DNA of 64,000 bases from Chrysomallon squamiferum. Its lineage: Eukaryota > Animalia > Mollusca. A program made the position numbers and the translations under genes. The notes below the pieces were generated by a model. That model did not search any database, had not been told where the DNA came from, and saw nothing but the letters and a program-made list of their open reading frames with translations. Within the stretch, counting starts at the first letter, position 1. Each line of letters begins with the position of its first letter. The stretch covers positions 35,712,001 to 35,776,000 of the forward strand of contig CM022665.1 in the NCBI GenBank assembly GCA_012295275.1, in the 5' to 3' direction. Below are positions 39,801-51,748 of this stretch, one piece after another.

Positions 39801-40735
39801 TTATCTGTTTATTTTATTTATGATATTACTTACTTTTAGAAAAAATGTATTATTATTATTTTTTATTTTTTTATTATTTCATACAGATAAACCTTTATTT
39901 TCTTTAAATTTTATTTCATATGAAAATACCATCCTTTATAGTTAAATCTTTATTTTCATTAACTAAGTATTTAATCTATTTCATATGAAAATATACCCTT
40001 TTTCAGGTAAACCATCCTTTTCATTATCTATTTCATTTATGTTGTTTTGTTTTTATTTTATAGTACAGTTTTACATCTAAACTTCTTTATTATTTATTTA
40101 TTTATATCCAGATTTATGGTTTCTGATGGAACTGAATATAGAAAACATACACATATATTTTAATTCCAACCTTTTTTATTTTGTTATGTTATTGTCACCT
40201 AGTAATTTCACTGCCCTCAAATAATGAAATATTTGAGTAGTATAACAAGGGGGATAACTAAGTAGGTCAAAGCAGCTGTGTTTTCATGTTTACCAGTTTA
40301 AAGATGTTTTTTATTTTTTTATTTTTTTGTATCTTTTGTATATGCTTTTTGTATATTTTGAAATTAATTTTAAAATAATTATTGATTTTTTTATTTATTT
40401 TTTTATTTGTTTATTTATTTATTTTTATTATATTTTTAATTATTAAATTGTTATTATTTTTTGGTAGTTTTATTTAATTTACTTTTAAATTTTTATTTTT
40501 TTATTTTTTTATTTTTTTTTATAAACAATTACTACTAAATTTATGTTATTTATTTTTAACATTATTTAAAAGTGAAGTCTGCATCATGTTTTCAGGAGGT
40601 AAGAAATGTCCAGGTTGTGGTCAGCGGATATTTCATGATAAGTGGAAAATTCCACCTGAGCTGGCAGAAACACGCTGGGCTCACAAACAAGCTCGACAAA
40701 GAGAACTGGAAGAAGTTGTTGATTTTCTTTCATAG
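33885..40735 (+). CDS. Uncharacterised tandem RWD-domain + C-terminal RING-H2 protein (putative E3 ubiquitin ligase), 7 coding exons, 332 aa
   Basis: Exons 33885-34012, 34322-34487, 34973-35193, 35414-35524, 38967-39096, 39544-39646, 40596-40735 (TAG); 999 nt, phases consistent. Two RWD-type YP motifs (LTVHFQFPDGYPSEP; LRITIPEDYPLAQV). RING-H2 ligands CPIC...CGHLFHNEC...CPGC, followed by a helical tail WAHKQARQRELEEVVDFLS. The start may be the ATG at 33885 or 33891. Confidence 0.88.
36031..38883 (+). mobile_element. Internally deleted Sola2-like DNA transposon (2853 bp) with very long TIRs, inserted in intron 4 of the RWD-RING gene
   Basis: Near-identical inverted repeats at about 36031-36663 and 38260-38883, starting GGGTCATTCCGTGTCAAATCACCC. 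4-bp TSD TATA/TATA. 5'-GRG termini, long TIRs and a 4-bp AT-rich TSD fit the Sola2 group, and the interior holds a decayed transposase N-terminus. Confidence 0.9.
37578..38276 (+). pseudogene. Decayed N-terminal fragment of a Sola2-like transposase
   Basis: Interrupted reading frames give YHEQELFIKFSTLQKNCCDPLNRH...RSLRIVS...LVPGDKL, LNSILSSLGETPVK and IIQVYESDENSRMCLGMKDTVSI*NKHSEKVKHQKHLVLSNLCELYA. These resemble the FYxxDExSRxxPGxKDxVS...QKRLxxxNLxELY pattern I recall from Sola2-type transposases. Stops and frameshifts are present and the catalytic domain is absent. Confidence 0.72.
39700..40015 (+). repeat. Degenerate intronic tandem copies of the exon-6 3' end and splice donor
   Basis: Exon end CACATGAAAACACCACCCTTTACAG|GTAAA is echoed by CATATGAAAAAAACACCCTTTACAGTTAAA (~39759), CATATGAAAATACCATCCTTTATAGTTAAA (~39917) and CATATGAAAATATACCCTTTTTCAGGTAAA (~39982). 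Confidence 0.75.
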
Positions 40736-43700
40736 TACCCTGTTACTGATGTTTAAAAATATCATTATTTGTTTAAAAATAATGATGTTTATTTTTTTTT
40801 AAAGATATTATTTGTATATTACTTATTATTTTTAAAATCTGAGCCATGAATTAATTTTGATACTTAATATGTTGTTTTACTTTCATCTTATTGATTGTTA
40901 AAACTTTTTTAAACAAAAAGAATTTTCTTTTTAAAAATAAGAATATATAAAAAGGTATGCGATTAAATATTAATTATTGATAATTTTGATAATGTTCCTG
41001 TTGCTTCAGTAATTAGACATTTTTAAGTGCAGTCCTTAATATGTTTCCTTATGAACATTGGAATAAAAGGTTTTTAATTTTTATAAAATTACTGTTATTT
41101 ATTTATTATTTCAGTTTGTTCAAGAGTATAACATAGCTTTTAAATGGAAAAAAAAAAAAAATGAAATGTCTGTAAATAAAAATGCATTGTAATGTTTTTG
41201 GATTGGTTGGTTCAGTTGTTCGCTGTTCAATTACTTGATTGCTTTCTTAAAGATGTTTATTTATATTTTTCCTTTAATTTTATTCTCTACAACACTGACT
41301 TAACATCTTGCATTTTTTTTATGTCATTATCTTATTATTTTATTACTTTTTTTTGTCTTTTTGTTTATATATTATAAACATTTAAGATATTTATTTCAGG
41401 TATAAAGTATTTAAAAAATACAAAGCAATCATGAAGGCTAAATAACAGCAGTGTGAGATTAAGAGAATAAAAAAACTAATTGGGGTGATTCTGTAAAGCA
41501 GTGTTTTGTGTGTGAGTTACTGGTACCTGGCTATCATAAAAAGTAGTCAGAACAAAACCTAGTTTGTTAGATGTTTCTGAGCCATAACTGTTGATAAAAA
41601 ATTGAGTTTGTTAATTTGCTGCCATGTACAAATTATAAATTTAAAAAAAAAGGCATTTCCTCATCACAGGTCAAAATAATACGTTACGTTAATTAAATTT
41701 CTAGGAAACTATTATTATCATCATTTTGTCATCATATATTTATTTATGTTTAATTTCTTCCTGTTTTCTTTATATGATTATAATAATATTTTAAATATTT
41801 GTTTACATATATGAATTTAAAAAATAATAATAACAAAATAGGAAAAGGATCTATATTCTTCTGTTTACTTTTTATATTGTTACTGATTTTACACTGTTTT
41901 CATTATTAATAGACCAAAAAATAACAAATAGCAAAAATAATAAAATTGTATGTCTTTTACATGTAACTCTTAAAGCAAAAATTAAACACACACACACACA
42001 TGAACACACGTACACGTGCACACATGCATGCACACACGCACACACACGCAAGAATGCACAGACACACCATATTTAATAAGTTGATTGAATCTTTTACATT
42101 TCAGGTAAAATGTTAATTATTAATTTGTAGCATTCAGAAATTAATAATTATCATTTTATTATTTTTTGTATATAGTAATGGAACATTTGAATTAATTTAT
42201 TTGTTAGGGGAGAAGTTTGAAACATCTGTGTTGTACTTTACATTGTTATGTTATATTTGTTATAAAAAGTGCTTTGATACTGTTACTGTTTCTTCATAGC
42301 CTAAATAAATTTTTTATTAAAATGTTTTGAAAATAACAGAACAGGAAAATAATACTTTTTTCTTTCTTTATGTGTTTTTAATTATTGTATATTTTAATTA
42401 ATTTTAATTCAAAAACATTTCTAAAACACTGCCTGTTTTCCTTTTAAATTAATTATTAACATAAGATATTAAATTTTGTGGTAATAAATTCAGTAAAGTC
42501 AGTTTAAAATGATACTCATCTGTCTTTTATTTAACAATGGTTGGTCTTTATATGTTATGGTAATGATGACCTGCTGCATTGTCAGCACAAAGCCTGACAG
42601 GACAGAGTTGAATTTCAAACTTTGTAAATGGTATAATTAGCAGTGAGGTGTTGTTACTTTAGAAACTCAGAAAACCTCCGATTACACTAATGACGTTTAT
42701 TGATTTCTGCCATCTTCTTTTGAAAATGACTTCTTTGTTATCAACATTCACAGTTCAACCAAGTCATCTTAATGAATTCTGAATAATAATAATAATAATG
42801 TTTAATGAGCATTGCTTGCTGAAAAGAACAAAGAAATTGCTGCCTTAATTATTTTTTTAAATTAAAAAAAAAAAACAGCCCTCCCACACACAGAGAAAAA
42901 CACCTAGCCTAAATGTAAAAATAAGTGAAGAATACAAAATAAAAACAAATCCTTATAAAACACACACACACACACACACACACACCGAAAAGCAAAAAAC
43001 AAAACAAAAAATGGCAATAAAAAATTAATACTTTAAGAAATAAAGTCGACAGTTATTGAAAAAAGAATGAATTAAATCCAGTTTCAACCCCAAAACAAAC
43101 ATTTGTTTCAGTTATTTCATTCTGTTATAAAAACAAATAAAAATGTTATGTAAAAGATGAAACAGTTATTTGTTCTTTTAGGTTTTAGGTTATTGGTAGG
43201 TAAATCAAACAATAATTTAAAAAAAAAAAAAAAATTTTAACTTTAATACGTATATAAAAAATAATTTGTGATCATGAAGCTTCATATTTAATTTTTAAAA
43301 TATTTCCTTATTTGGAATTAGAATGTTGTGGCTTCACATTATGTAAATTTACATAATTTATCTATGTTATTATTAAGAAAATATCGGTAAACATTAATGC
43401 TTACAATTAAGAAAGAAAAAAAAGAAAGAAATGATTAATGAAAGTAAAAAATTTTGTTTTCCTTCCATTTTAAACTGCTTCAGAATAAATCTAAATTGAT
43501 GATATAAAAAAAAAATCCTTTATATAGGAAGTTATGCTATTTGTTTCATAAATTATATGTTTCACTGCTAAAGTGTTATAGTAAATCTTTACTGCAAAAT
43601 AATCCACTGTCCATGTTATCAGTTGTTAAATTGTATGGTCTTTATTGTTAGTGGAATTGGTTTTATTAACACTTCAGAAATTGTTAGGTGATATGATTAT

Positions 43701-44082
43701 CAGTTCAAGATAATCACACGTATGGGTCAGAATTGTATGGTAAAGAAATTGTGCTAGTAACTACTTTTCCGTATGTTAAAGTTGATGCTGGTTCACATGA
43801 TAGTAGAATTATCACAAGTGTAATTCTCAAAGCTTTAATTGTCTGTGTAATTGGAATTTTTTTTTGTAAACAGTGTTTTAAATGTGAAAGAATATCTGAG
43901 TTGTTTTCTTTTAATCTGTGAAAATAAAAAAAAATATATTTTATGATTTGTTGTTTGAAAGTTTTTAATAATGCCTCACAATCTGTCTTCATTTCACTTA
44001 TTTATTCATTTTGGGGATTATTATACTTAAGTCTGTCATGTATATCATCTTATTTATTATGATTTACCAAATTACTGTTACA

Positions 44083-44303
44083 TCTCTCACTCAAGGGCAG
44101 TAACTCTAAATATATCAGTGAACACCTTTCACACAAGGGTGGTAACTAAATATATCAGTGAACACCTCTCACACAAGGGTGATAACTCTAAATATATGAG
44201 TGAACACCTCTCACACAAGGGCGGTAACTCTAAATATATCAGTGAACACCTCTCACACAAGGGTGGTAACTCTAAATATATCAGTGAACACTTCTCACAC
44301 AAG
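44083..44303. repeat. 42-bp minisatellite, about 5.3 copies
   Basis: Unit TCTCACACAAGGGTGGTAACTCTAAATATATCAGTGAACACC head-to-tail with few substitutions and one 2-bp deletion. Confidence 0.95.
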
Positions 44304-46329
44304 TTAATATATTATGCGATAGAAAAATTCAGGTATTAAATTTAATATTTGGTTATACACTGGTAGAAAATACACAGTACATTAATTTTAATATGATACA
44401 GTATTATATATTTATGATATTAAATATTAAAATCAATTTGATATGAAATGCATATTTAATGTAAGAGATGGAGTAATAATATTTTATCTAAAAATTCTGT
44501 TTCAGTTTCTCTTCACAGACATTGTATATAAAACTGATGTTACATACTGAATAAAGTGCATGTTCAAATTATTCTGAGAAGGCTGAAAATATTTTTTATT
44601 TTTATTTTAAATAATTGTGAAAACTTAAGATGTAATGTAATTATATATATATATTATATATAATAAATATATAAATAAATAAATAATAATAAAATAAATA
44701 TAAAAAGAAGTGAGTCCATTTATGTGAAAATGAAATATGAATTTTTAAAAAATAAACAAAACACATATTGATAAGGAATCAGGAAAAATAAAAAATATAT
44801 ATATAAAAAAGTAGTAATAAACCCTCAAAAGCTGATAATAATTCATAAGACACATGGAAAAACAAAAACACAAAACAGAAAAACCCAGCAGAAGGATGAA
44901 ACACTGGATATTAATAAAATCCTCAATCTTAAAGATGTCATTTATTTCTATGTATGAAATAAGGGCGCAGAAAAAATTAAACTAATAACAACAGTCAAAA
45001 TCATAATAAACAAAATAAAATAAATAAATAAACAAAAACAAAACTGTCAGTCTTCAAGTATTCTTATCTGCTTATAATAAACTTACAAAGACTGGACTTA
45101 AATAAAATAAAATATTTGCAAGTATATAATAAAATATATTCAGACCTTTTGTACATTTTAATCCTCGTAGCATTCCATACTTTGTGATTTTCCCTCACCC
45201 TTCTTTTCAGGAATTTTGGTGGTTGTTTATAAAAAGCCATGTTTCAGTAACATTGTCCACCAAATTAGTTATTGAAATCATAAAATTTACATTTGTCAAA
45301 ATTTTATATCCAATGTAGTCATTTAGTGGCATCTTGTCATCTGAAAAATCAACCCTCATCACTTGCAAGGTTAAAAAAAAAAGAGATAAAAACAAAACCA
45401 TCAAGAAGATAGAACAATGTAATGGCACATCTTTATTTAAAACCAGGTATAATAATCTATTTAAATTAAAAATACAATAAAAAGATAAAACACAGTCATT
45501 TCATTAAAATCTAACAAAAGAAATTTGATACAAATTACAAACATTGGCACAATCTTGAGTATGTAAATCAGATAATTCCAACACACAAGGTGATATTGAA
45601 TTTTAATTTGTGAAATTGTTCAAAAAAAAAACAAAAAAAAAAAATATTTTTTTTTTAATAAACTAAATTAATAAAGTAATAAAATAATAAATGTAATAAA
45701 ATAAATTAATATCATAATAATAAATAAAGTCAAATTAATTAATAATAAATATAACAAAAAATATAAAATTATAAAATAATTTAAAAATAAATGCAATGAT
45801 AAATTAAATTAAATGTTTTTTGAAAATACAGTTCATAGAATCAATTTCATGAATATAAATATTCATAATTTGGGATTCTATTTATATGTATTTTTTGCTA
45901 TATTTATTTTTATGTTATTAAAACTGTAATTGTATGATCAACAATAAGACACCAAGGTAGTGAGATCATTATTATCTCTCTTCCTATATTATTTTAAAGC
46001 ATAAATTTTCTTCTTTCTTGTACATCTAACTGGTTGTTCAATTAACCATGAATATAAAAAAAAGTACAGAAAAAAGAAAAGACAAAAAATAAAAAAAGAT
46101 ATTTGTAGAAATATTGCATATAAATGACAAATAAACACATATAATATTAGTAAAATCATCCTATGAGGAATTTTAAAAATTTGTAATGTCCTTATTTCTA
46201 TTATTAATTTGAGTACCATTTTTTACCCTGTTTCTCCAAATTAGTCATTATGTCTGACTTTTTCTACAATTTAAGGCATATTTTAAAATAATAATAATAA
46301 AACACTATTAAAATCAATAGTAAGTCCGT

Positions 46330-46359
46330 AACAATAATGTTAACAATAATAATAATAAC

Positions 46360-46396
<37 letters not shown>

Positions 46397-46440
46397 GTAG
46401 TAGTAGTAGTAGTAGTAGTAGTACTAGTAGCAGCAGCAGT
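46330..46440. repeat. Compound (AAT)n-(AGT)n-(AGC)n microsatellite
   Basis: Direct reading; it explains the poly-I/T/L ORFs in the track. Confidence 0.9.
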
Positions 46441-47960
46441 ATAAAATAAAATAAAAGTATGATGAAATAAAATAATTTTAAAAATATTTTTTGATATAAG
46501 CCTATACACATATAAAAAGATGGATAACAATTTCTTCAAATTAATAATGAAAAAAGGACATTAAAAAGTCAGTGTTAAAAAACAGACAAAAAAAGAAACA
46601 TCTATATAAATAAAATTAATTTAAGGATATGTACAAACATATCAGTGTATTATTAAATAAATATTGCACTTTATACATTGCACAATGAGTTTAAGTAGTA
46701 ATAGCATATTTTAATATATATACATTTGTTCATATTTCATTCTAAAAGCATGGTCAACATGACAATTCATTTAATATTTTTCACTGATTATTTTAGCAAA
46801 TCCAGATCAACTGGTACCAATAAATATAATATGTATATACATACATACATACATATACATATTTATGTATAATGTCACATGAATTATATAAATATTTTCT
46901 ATAGAAAATTAATTCAATGTAATTCTTCACTAAAATGTTTTCAAAATCTCGTTTCAAATCTTGACAGAATTTTTTTTTTCTTTTTTTAAAATTTTCTTCA
47001 AATTTCACACTATAAATATTTACAATATTAAATTAAAATACTTTTTCAAAAATTTAATTTGAGATTTGTTTTTAATGGCAAGTTTACAGCAGTAAATGTT
47101 ATTTCTCCATCTTTGAAAAAACAAAAATGATGAGAAAACAAAAAGAAGAAATATATATATAAAAGTAAATTTTCATGGTAAATTTTGATTATATATCAAA
47201 GACCAACCATTTGGTATACATAATGTCTGTCTCCTATATATAAATCATAAAAATCCAAACCAACCTTATGTTCTAATGTTTATGACTTGAAGAAAAATGA
47301 TTAAAGAAAAGATAAAAAAATAATTTTATCTCTGATACATCAGGATTAGATTGATAGAGAAAGTTAAGAATAAACAAAACTCTGAAATTACTAAAACTGA
47401 TTACTGAAATGATTAAAATTGGAGGACATTATCTGTACTGGAATTCTAAAAAAATAATACTTTAATTATTTTAAGTTAATATGGACATTATCAAAAGTTT
47501 AAAATGAATTTATATATATAAAAAAAATGAAGATTCAAATGAATAAAAGTGGAAACTAATAATTCAGATTACCAAAGCTGGATAATTATACTGAAATGAT
47601 CAAAATTGAAGACTAAAATAATAATCTAAAATGATGAGAACCTGAAAAGGAAATGATCAAAGCTGGAATTTGAAAACAATGAAATTGGATCCTGGAATTA
47701 TCGGATTTAAGTGAAATGGAATTACCTCTAGGAAGGAAATGACTTACAGAAAACAGGAAATTGGGTTTACTAGTGTAATAAATAAATGGCTTACCAAATG
47801 TTGGCCTTTCTGTATTAATCAAGAGAAATAATTTGAATCATATGTTGGAGATTAATATCAATCACCAGTGTACATAATTAGACTTATCAGAGCAGATGAA
47901 TCTTGTTTTAATAAAGATAGCAGATATTTATTAATTTGTAAATATAGTTCTCTTGTAATA

Positions 47961-47997
<37 letters not shown>

Positions 47998-49519
47998 CTG
48001 ACTTTACATGTATGTGTGTATTTGTGTGTGATCTGTTTTCTATCATTTTGCATGGATGTTTCTATATATTTTTTTGGATATTATTTGTATAGATCAGGTT
48101 TATATACACAATTTAAATATTTTTGGAGATGAATAATTCTCAAAAAAAAGTGACCTATCAAAGTTTTGATATTATTTTAAAAAGTTATTTTCTAGTTTTC
48201 CAAGATTATAAGTAATTAGTTTTTTCAAAACAATACCCAGTAAATATTTTTTGCACCTCCAAGTATCTATCTTATGTTAGTATCTGTCTTCTTCAATAGC
48301 AGACTTGGTAACATTTCCTCAAAATAAATTTTTTCTTTCAGGTAACTTTATTTTAATGTATGAAAGAAGACTAATATTATTTGATTTTAATAATTTGATT
48401 AGTATACAAAATGTCTCCACTGCATCTGTACAGAATGATTTATAAATACATAATTGTGTCATGATTTCCCACACATTTTAAAAAATAAATCATTAGTCTT
48501 TTAATAAAGTGCCTAAAACACATTATAAGAGGTGAACATACATTATAACAGCATCCTCTTTTAAAATATGTTTTGGATTAAATGAGACAATGAGACAAAA
48601 TGATCTGATTTACACAAACATCTGTAGAAGAAAAAAGACAGAGAGAGAGATAGAGAGAGAGAGAGACAAAATGACCATCATAAAAATAAAGAAATTTGTT
48701 AATAAAAAGTGCAAACAATATCTCTTAAAAACAGCTACTTTCTCTTTTAAATCTTAAAAGAGATATTTAGCTAAAAACCTTATAACAGAACTGTGTAATA
48801 AATATTATAATAAGCCTTCTGTTAACATCTACTATAGCAGTGTCAAATACTGAACTTTCTAGTGGTTTGTTTTCTGGTACTTCCAGAGTTATACAACCAT
48901 CATATTCTTGCAAGTATCTTGTCCTGTATACATTTTGTATACCACCATTTATTTTTGTCTAGAACTTTCAAAATATATTGGCCTGCTACTGTTTTTACAG
49001 TACTTATATATATTCCTGCTGTTCTAGCATTCATAAAACCATACTTTTAATTTTTTCCAGTATTGGTTATTAAACATAATGTATACACCTAATTTTCCAA
49101 ACTTTCCTGCATCTCTTCAGCAGCATGTATTTTCTTGTTTTTCCAATACTTAAATTATATTCTAATGCTTATACAATATATCTTCCTTTTAATTCATTTC
49201 AGTGTGTATATTGCATATTAATTCCAGTTCTCAGTATGCATAGCTAGTGCTTCTGTTCCATAATCTAAATACTGATGCTGTGTTTTCAATCCATAGTTCA
49301 TTCATAAACATAATGTGCTGTTTTTAATGATCCAAACTTAGTGTGTGCTCTCTTCACATACCTCTTTCATAAATATACTGACGGTTCTTCTTAGTTTCCA
49401 AATCCCAGCTTAGAAAGAATTCTATTAAACAAATTCTTTCTCTTGTAAAAATTAACTATAAGTAACCATGACTATTTCCTCTGAACGCCCAAAGTACAAA
49501 GACCAGCTTATCACTGCAA

Positions 49520-49820
49520 AATATATAAACTTCCACAAACATATCCAGTAAAATCTCAGATATATTCTCAAAACATTACCATCTTAAGCTTACTAATACA
49601 TTTCCAGAGAAATTTCTATTATAAACTTACTGATATAACTTCCCAAAACATTTCAGGTGTAAGCTCAAATATATTTTTAAAATATTTCAAGTGAAAGCTC
49701 CCTAAAATATTTTCCACAACATTTTCAGTGTAAAGCACATTAATATATTTTCCAGGAAACATTTCATCTGAAAGACCTTTCAAATACGTTCCAAAAGATT
49801 TTCAGTGTAAACTCATTAAC
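49520..49820. repeat. Highly degenerate ~37-40 bp tandem repeat just downstream of the WS/DGAT-like stop
   Basis: Recurrent TTCC(N3-5)AACATTTTCAGTGTAAA-like units near 49530, 49640, 49710, 49750 and 49790. Confidence 0.45.
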
Positions 49821-49937
49821 ATCCCGAACTGGTGTTAAAAACAAATTTTCTTGCCTTTCAGCAATAATGATCTTGTGAAGACATTCCAATTCTAATCTAA
49901 GAAAAACCAAACAAAGGGTCCTATTGTAATTTTTTCG

Positions 49938-51710
49938 TTATCTGCGCTCAGTTCTAGAGGATCCTGGTCTTGGAGAAGCCTCCATTTCATATTCCTCCAT
50001 TGTTGATAGCTGCTGCTTGTAACCACTGATTCGCCTTGTCTGAAATGCCTCTTGAATGTCATTAACCTGCAAAATAACAATGAAGATAATTTCAGGTAAA
50101 TTATTGTAAACATAAGGTAACATAAAGGGTAAAGAACTTTTATTCTTCATAGTTTATAAAGTTATTTTCAAACTGAAACTGGTTTTAGATTTTATTCAAG
50201 ACTGGCTGTGGATATAAAGGCTAGTTATAAACATGCACTGATGATTAGGTGGAATTCTAAAATAAACATATCATAATAAAATTACAAGGGCTAGCTACAA
50301 ATAAGAATTGATGAATGGTTGCAGTTTTAAAATAAAAGATTTATTATTATGAAATGAAACAGAATAATGATTAAATTGTATCTGCAAATTGTACAGTGAG
50401 AATGCTTCCTTAATTATGTTAAATCTTATCTTTTGTTTATCTTATCAAATTGTTATTACAAGTTACAGTGTGAAAATGCAACCTTAATTAACTGTTATTA
50501 TCATTATTATTATTATTAGAATCTTTGGTTAATTTTTTCTATCTTTTTATTAACTGACTGCAAATTATATTAAAAAATAAATGAAAAATTCACTGGTAGT
50601 TCAATCATATCTTCTTCATTATCAGTAACATGTTATTAGTAAATTATTATTACAAGCAACCAAGCGAGAAAACATCTCTAAATATGATATTACCTCAAGT
50701 TCTGGCCAAGATGGTAAAGCTGCATGAGTTGGGGATGGCTGGCTTGATGGTGGAGCAGTGGACAGTGGCCTAATTGTTGATGCCACTGATGTTGTAGACA
50801 TTTTAGAGGAGACAGACATCGTTCTTCGACGAAATGGCCGCTGTGCTTTGTCAGGATCATTTTCTAACTCCTGAAATAATTATATATATATATATATATG
50901 AAAATAAAAAAGACAAAAAAAAAATAAAAAATAAAAATTTCAAATATTGAATTACTGCAGTATGTGTGGGCAATGTAAGGGGAATTAACTCTTCTTGTAA
51001 AAGAAACCAGAATTATAAAAGATCATAGGCATTCACTGATTTCAAGTAAGATCCATTGAGTAGTATTAATAAAATTAAATTGAAAATAGTCTAAACATTT
51101 TCAAATTAAGTAGTATAATTAATTTTTTTTTATAAATAAATCAATTGTAAATTTTTTATTTAAAAATGAAAGTATAATCTGATACCGTTCACTTCCTTCC
51201 CTTTCTTATCCTCCCTGCTTTTGAACACTGCAATACTGTCATAAGATATACATATTTTTATGTCTCACTCTCATTTTCTTTCCTCTCAAACTATACTTAA
51301 AAACCTACCTCTTCTGAAGACACATTGACAGCACCCTCTGTATCAATGGCTTTCTTGCGCCGTAACTCTACCATGAGTTCGCGGAACTGCTCCTTGAGGT
51401 TCTCAATTTTCTTGATGCAGTGGGTCTCATTGTGTGAGATCTTGTGGCAGGATTCTGACTCAACTTGTAGTTTGAGATCATGTAACTCATTCTGTATCAG
51501 AGACATCTGAAGTTGTAGCTGGTAATGTGTAAATAATAATAATATTTATTGTAATAATAATAACAACAACAACAATAATAATAATAATAAAATTAATAAT
51601 AACAGTAGTATCCAATTATGTATAGTATCAGTATTCTGTCTCTTTCTCTCTCCACTCACACATGCTGACACAGACAGATACATATATAACAAGGAGGGAT
51701 AGACAGACAG

Positions 51711-51748
<38 letters not shown>

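Noticed and set aside
42563-42597. Box C (ATGATGA) and box D (CTGA) suggesting a snoRNA
   Set aside because: The boxes are only about 35 nt apart, with no terminal stem or recognisable rRNA guide, and the site is not in an identified intron.
44083-44339. CRISPR array or repeat-protein ORF (44118-44339)
   Set aside because: Units are head-to-tail with no unique spacers; the ORF is a by-product of the 42-bp period with a GTG start and no splice support.
45989-48092. Hydrophobic poly-I/L/F and poly-HT/CV ORFs in the track (also near 1200, 27198, 51546, 53829, 54735 and 58363)
   Set aside because: They are translations of (AAT)n, (CA)n, (GA)n and T-rich tracts with no splice or homology support.
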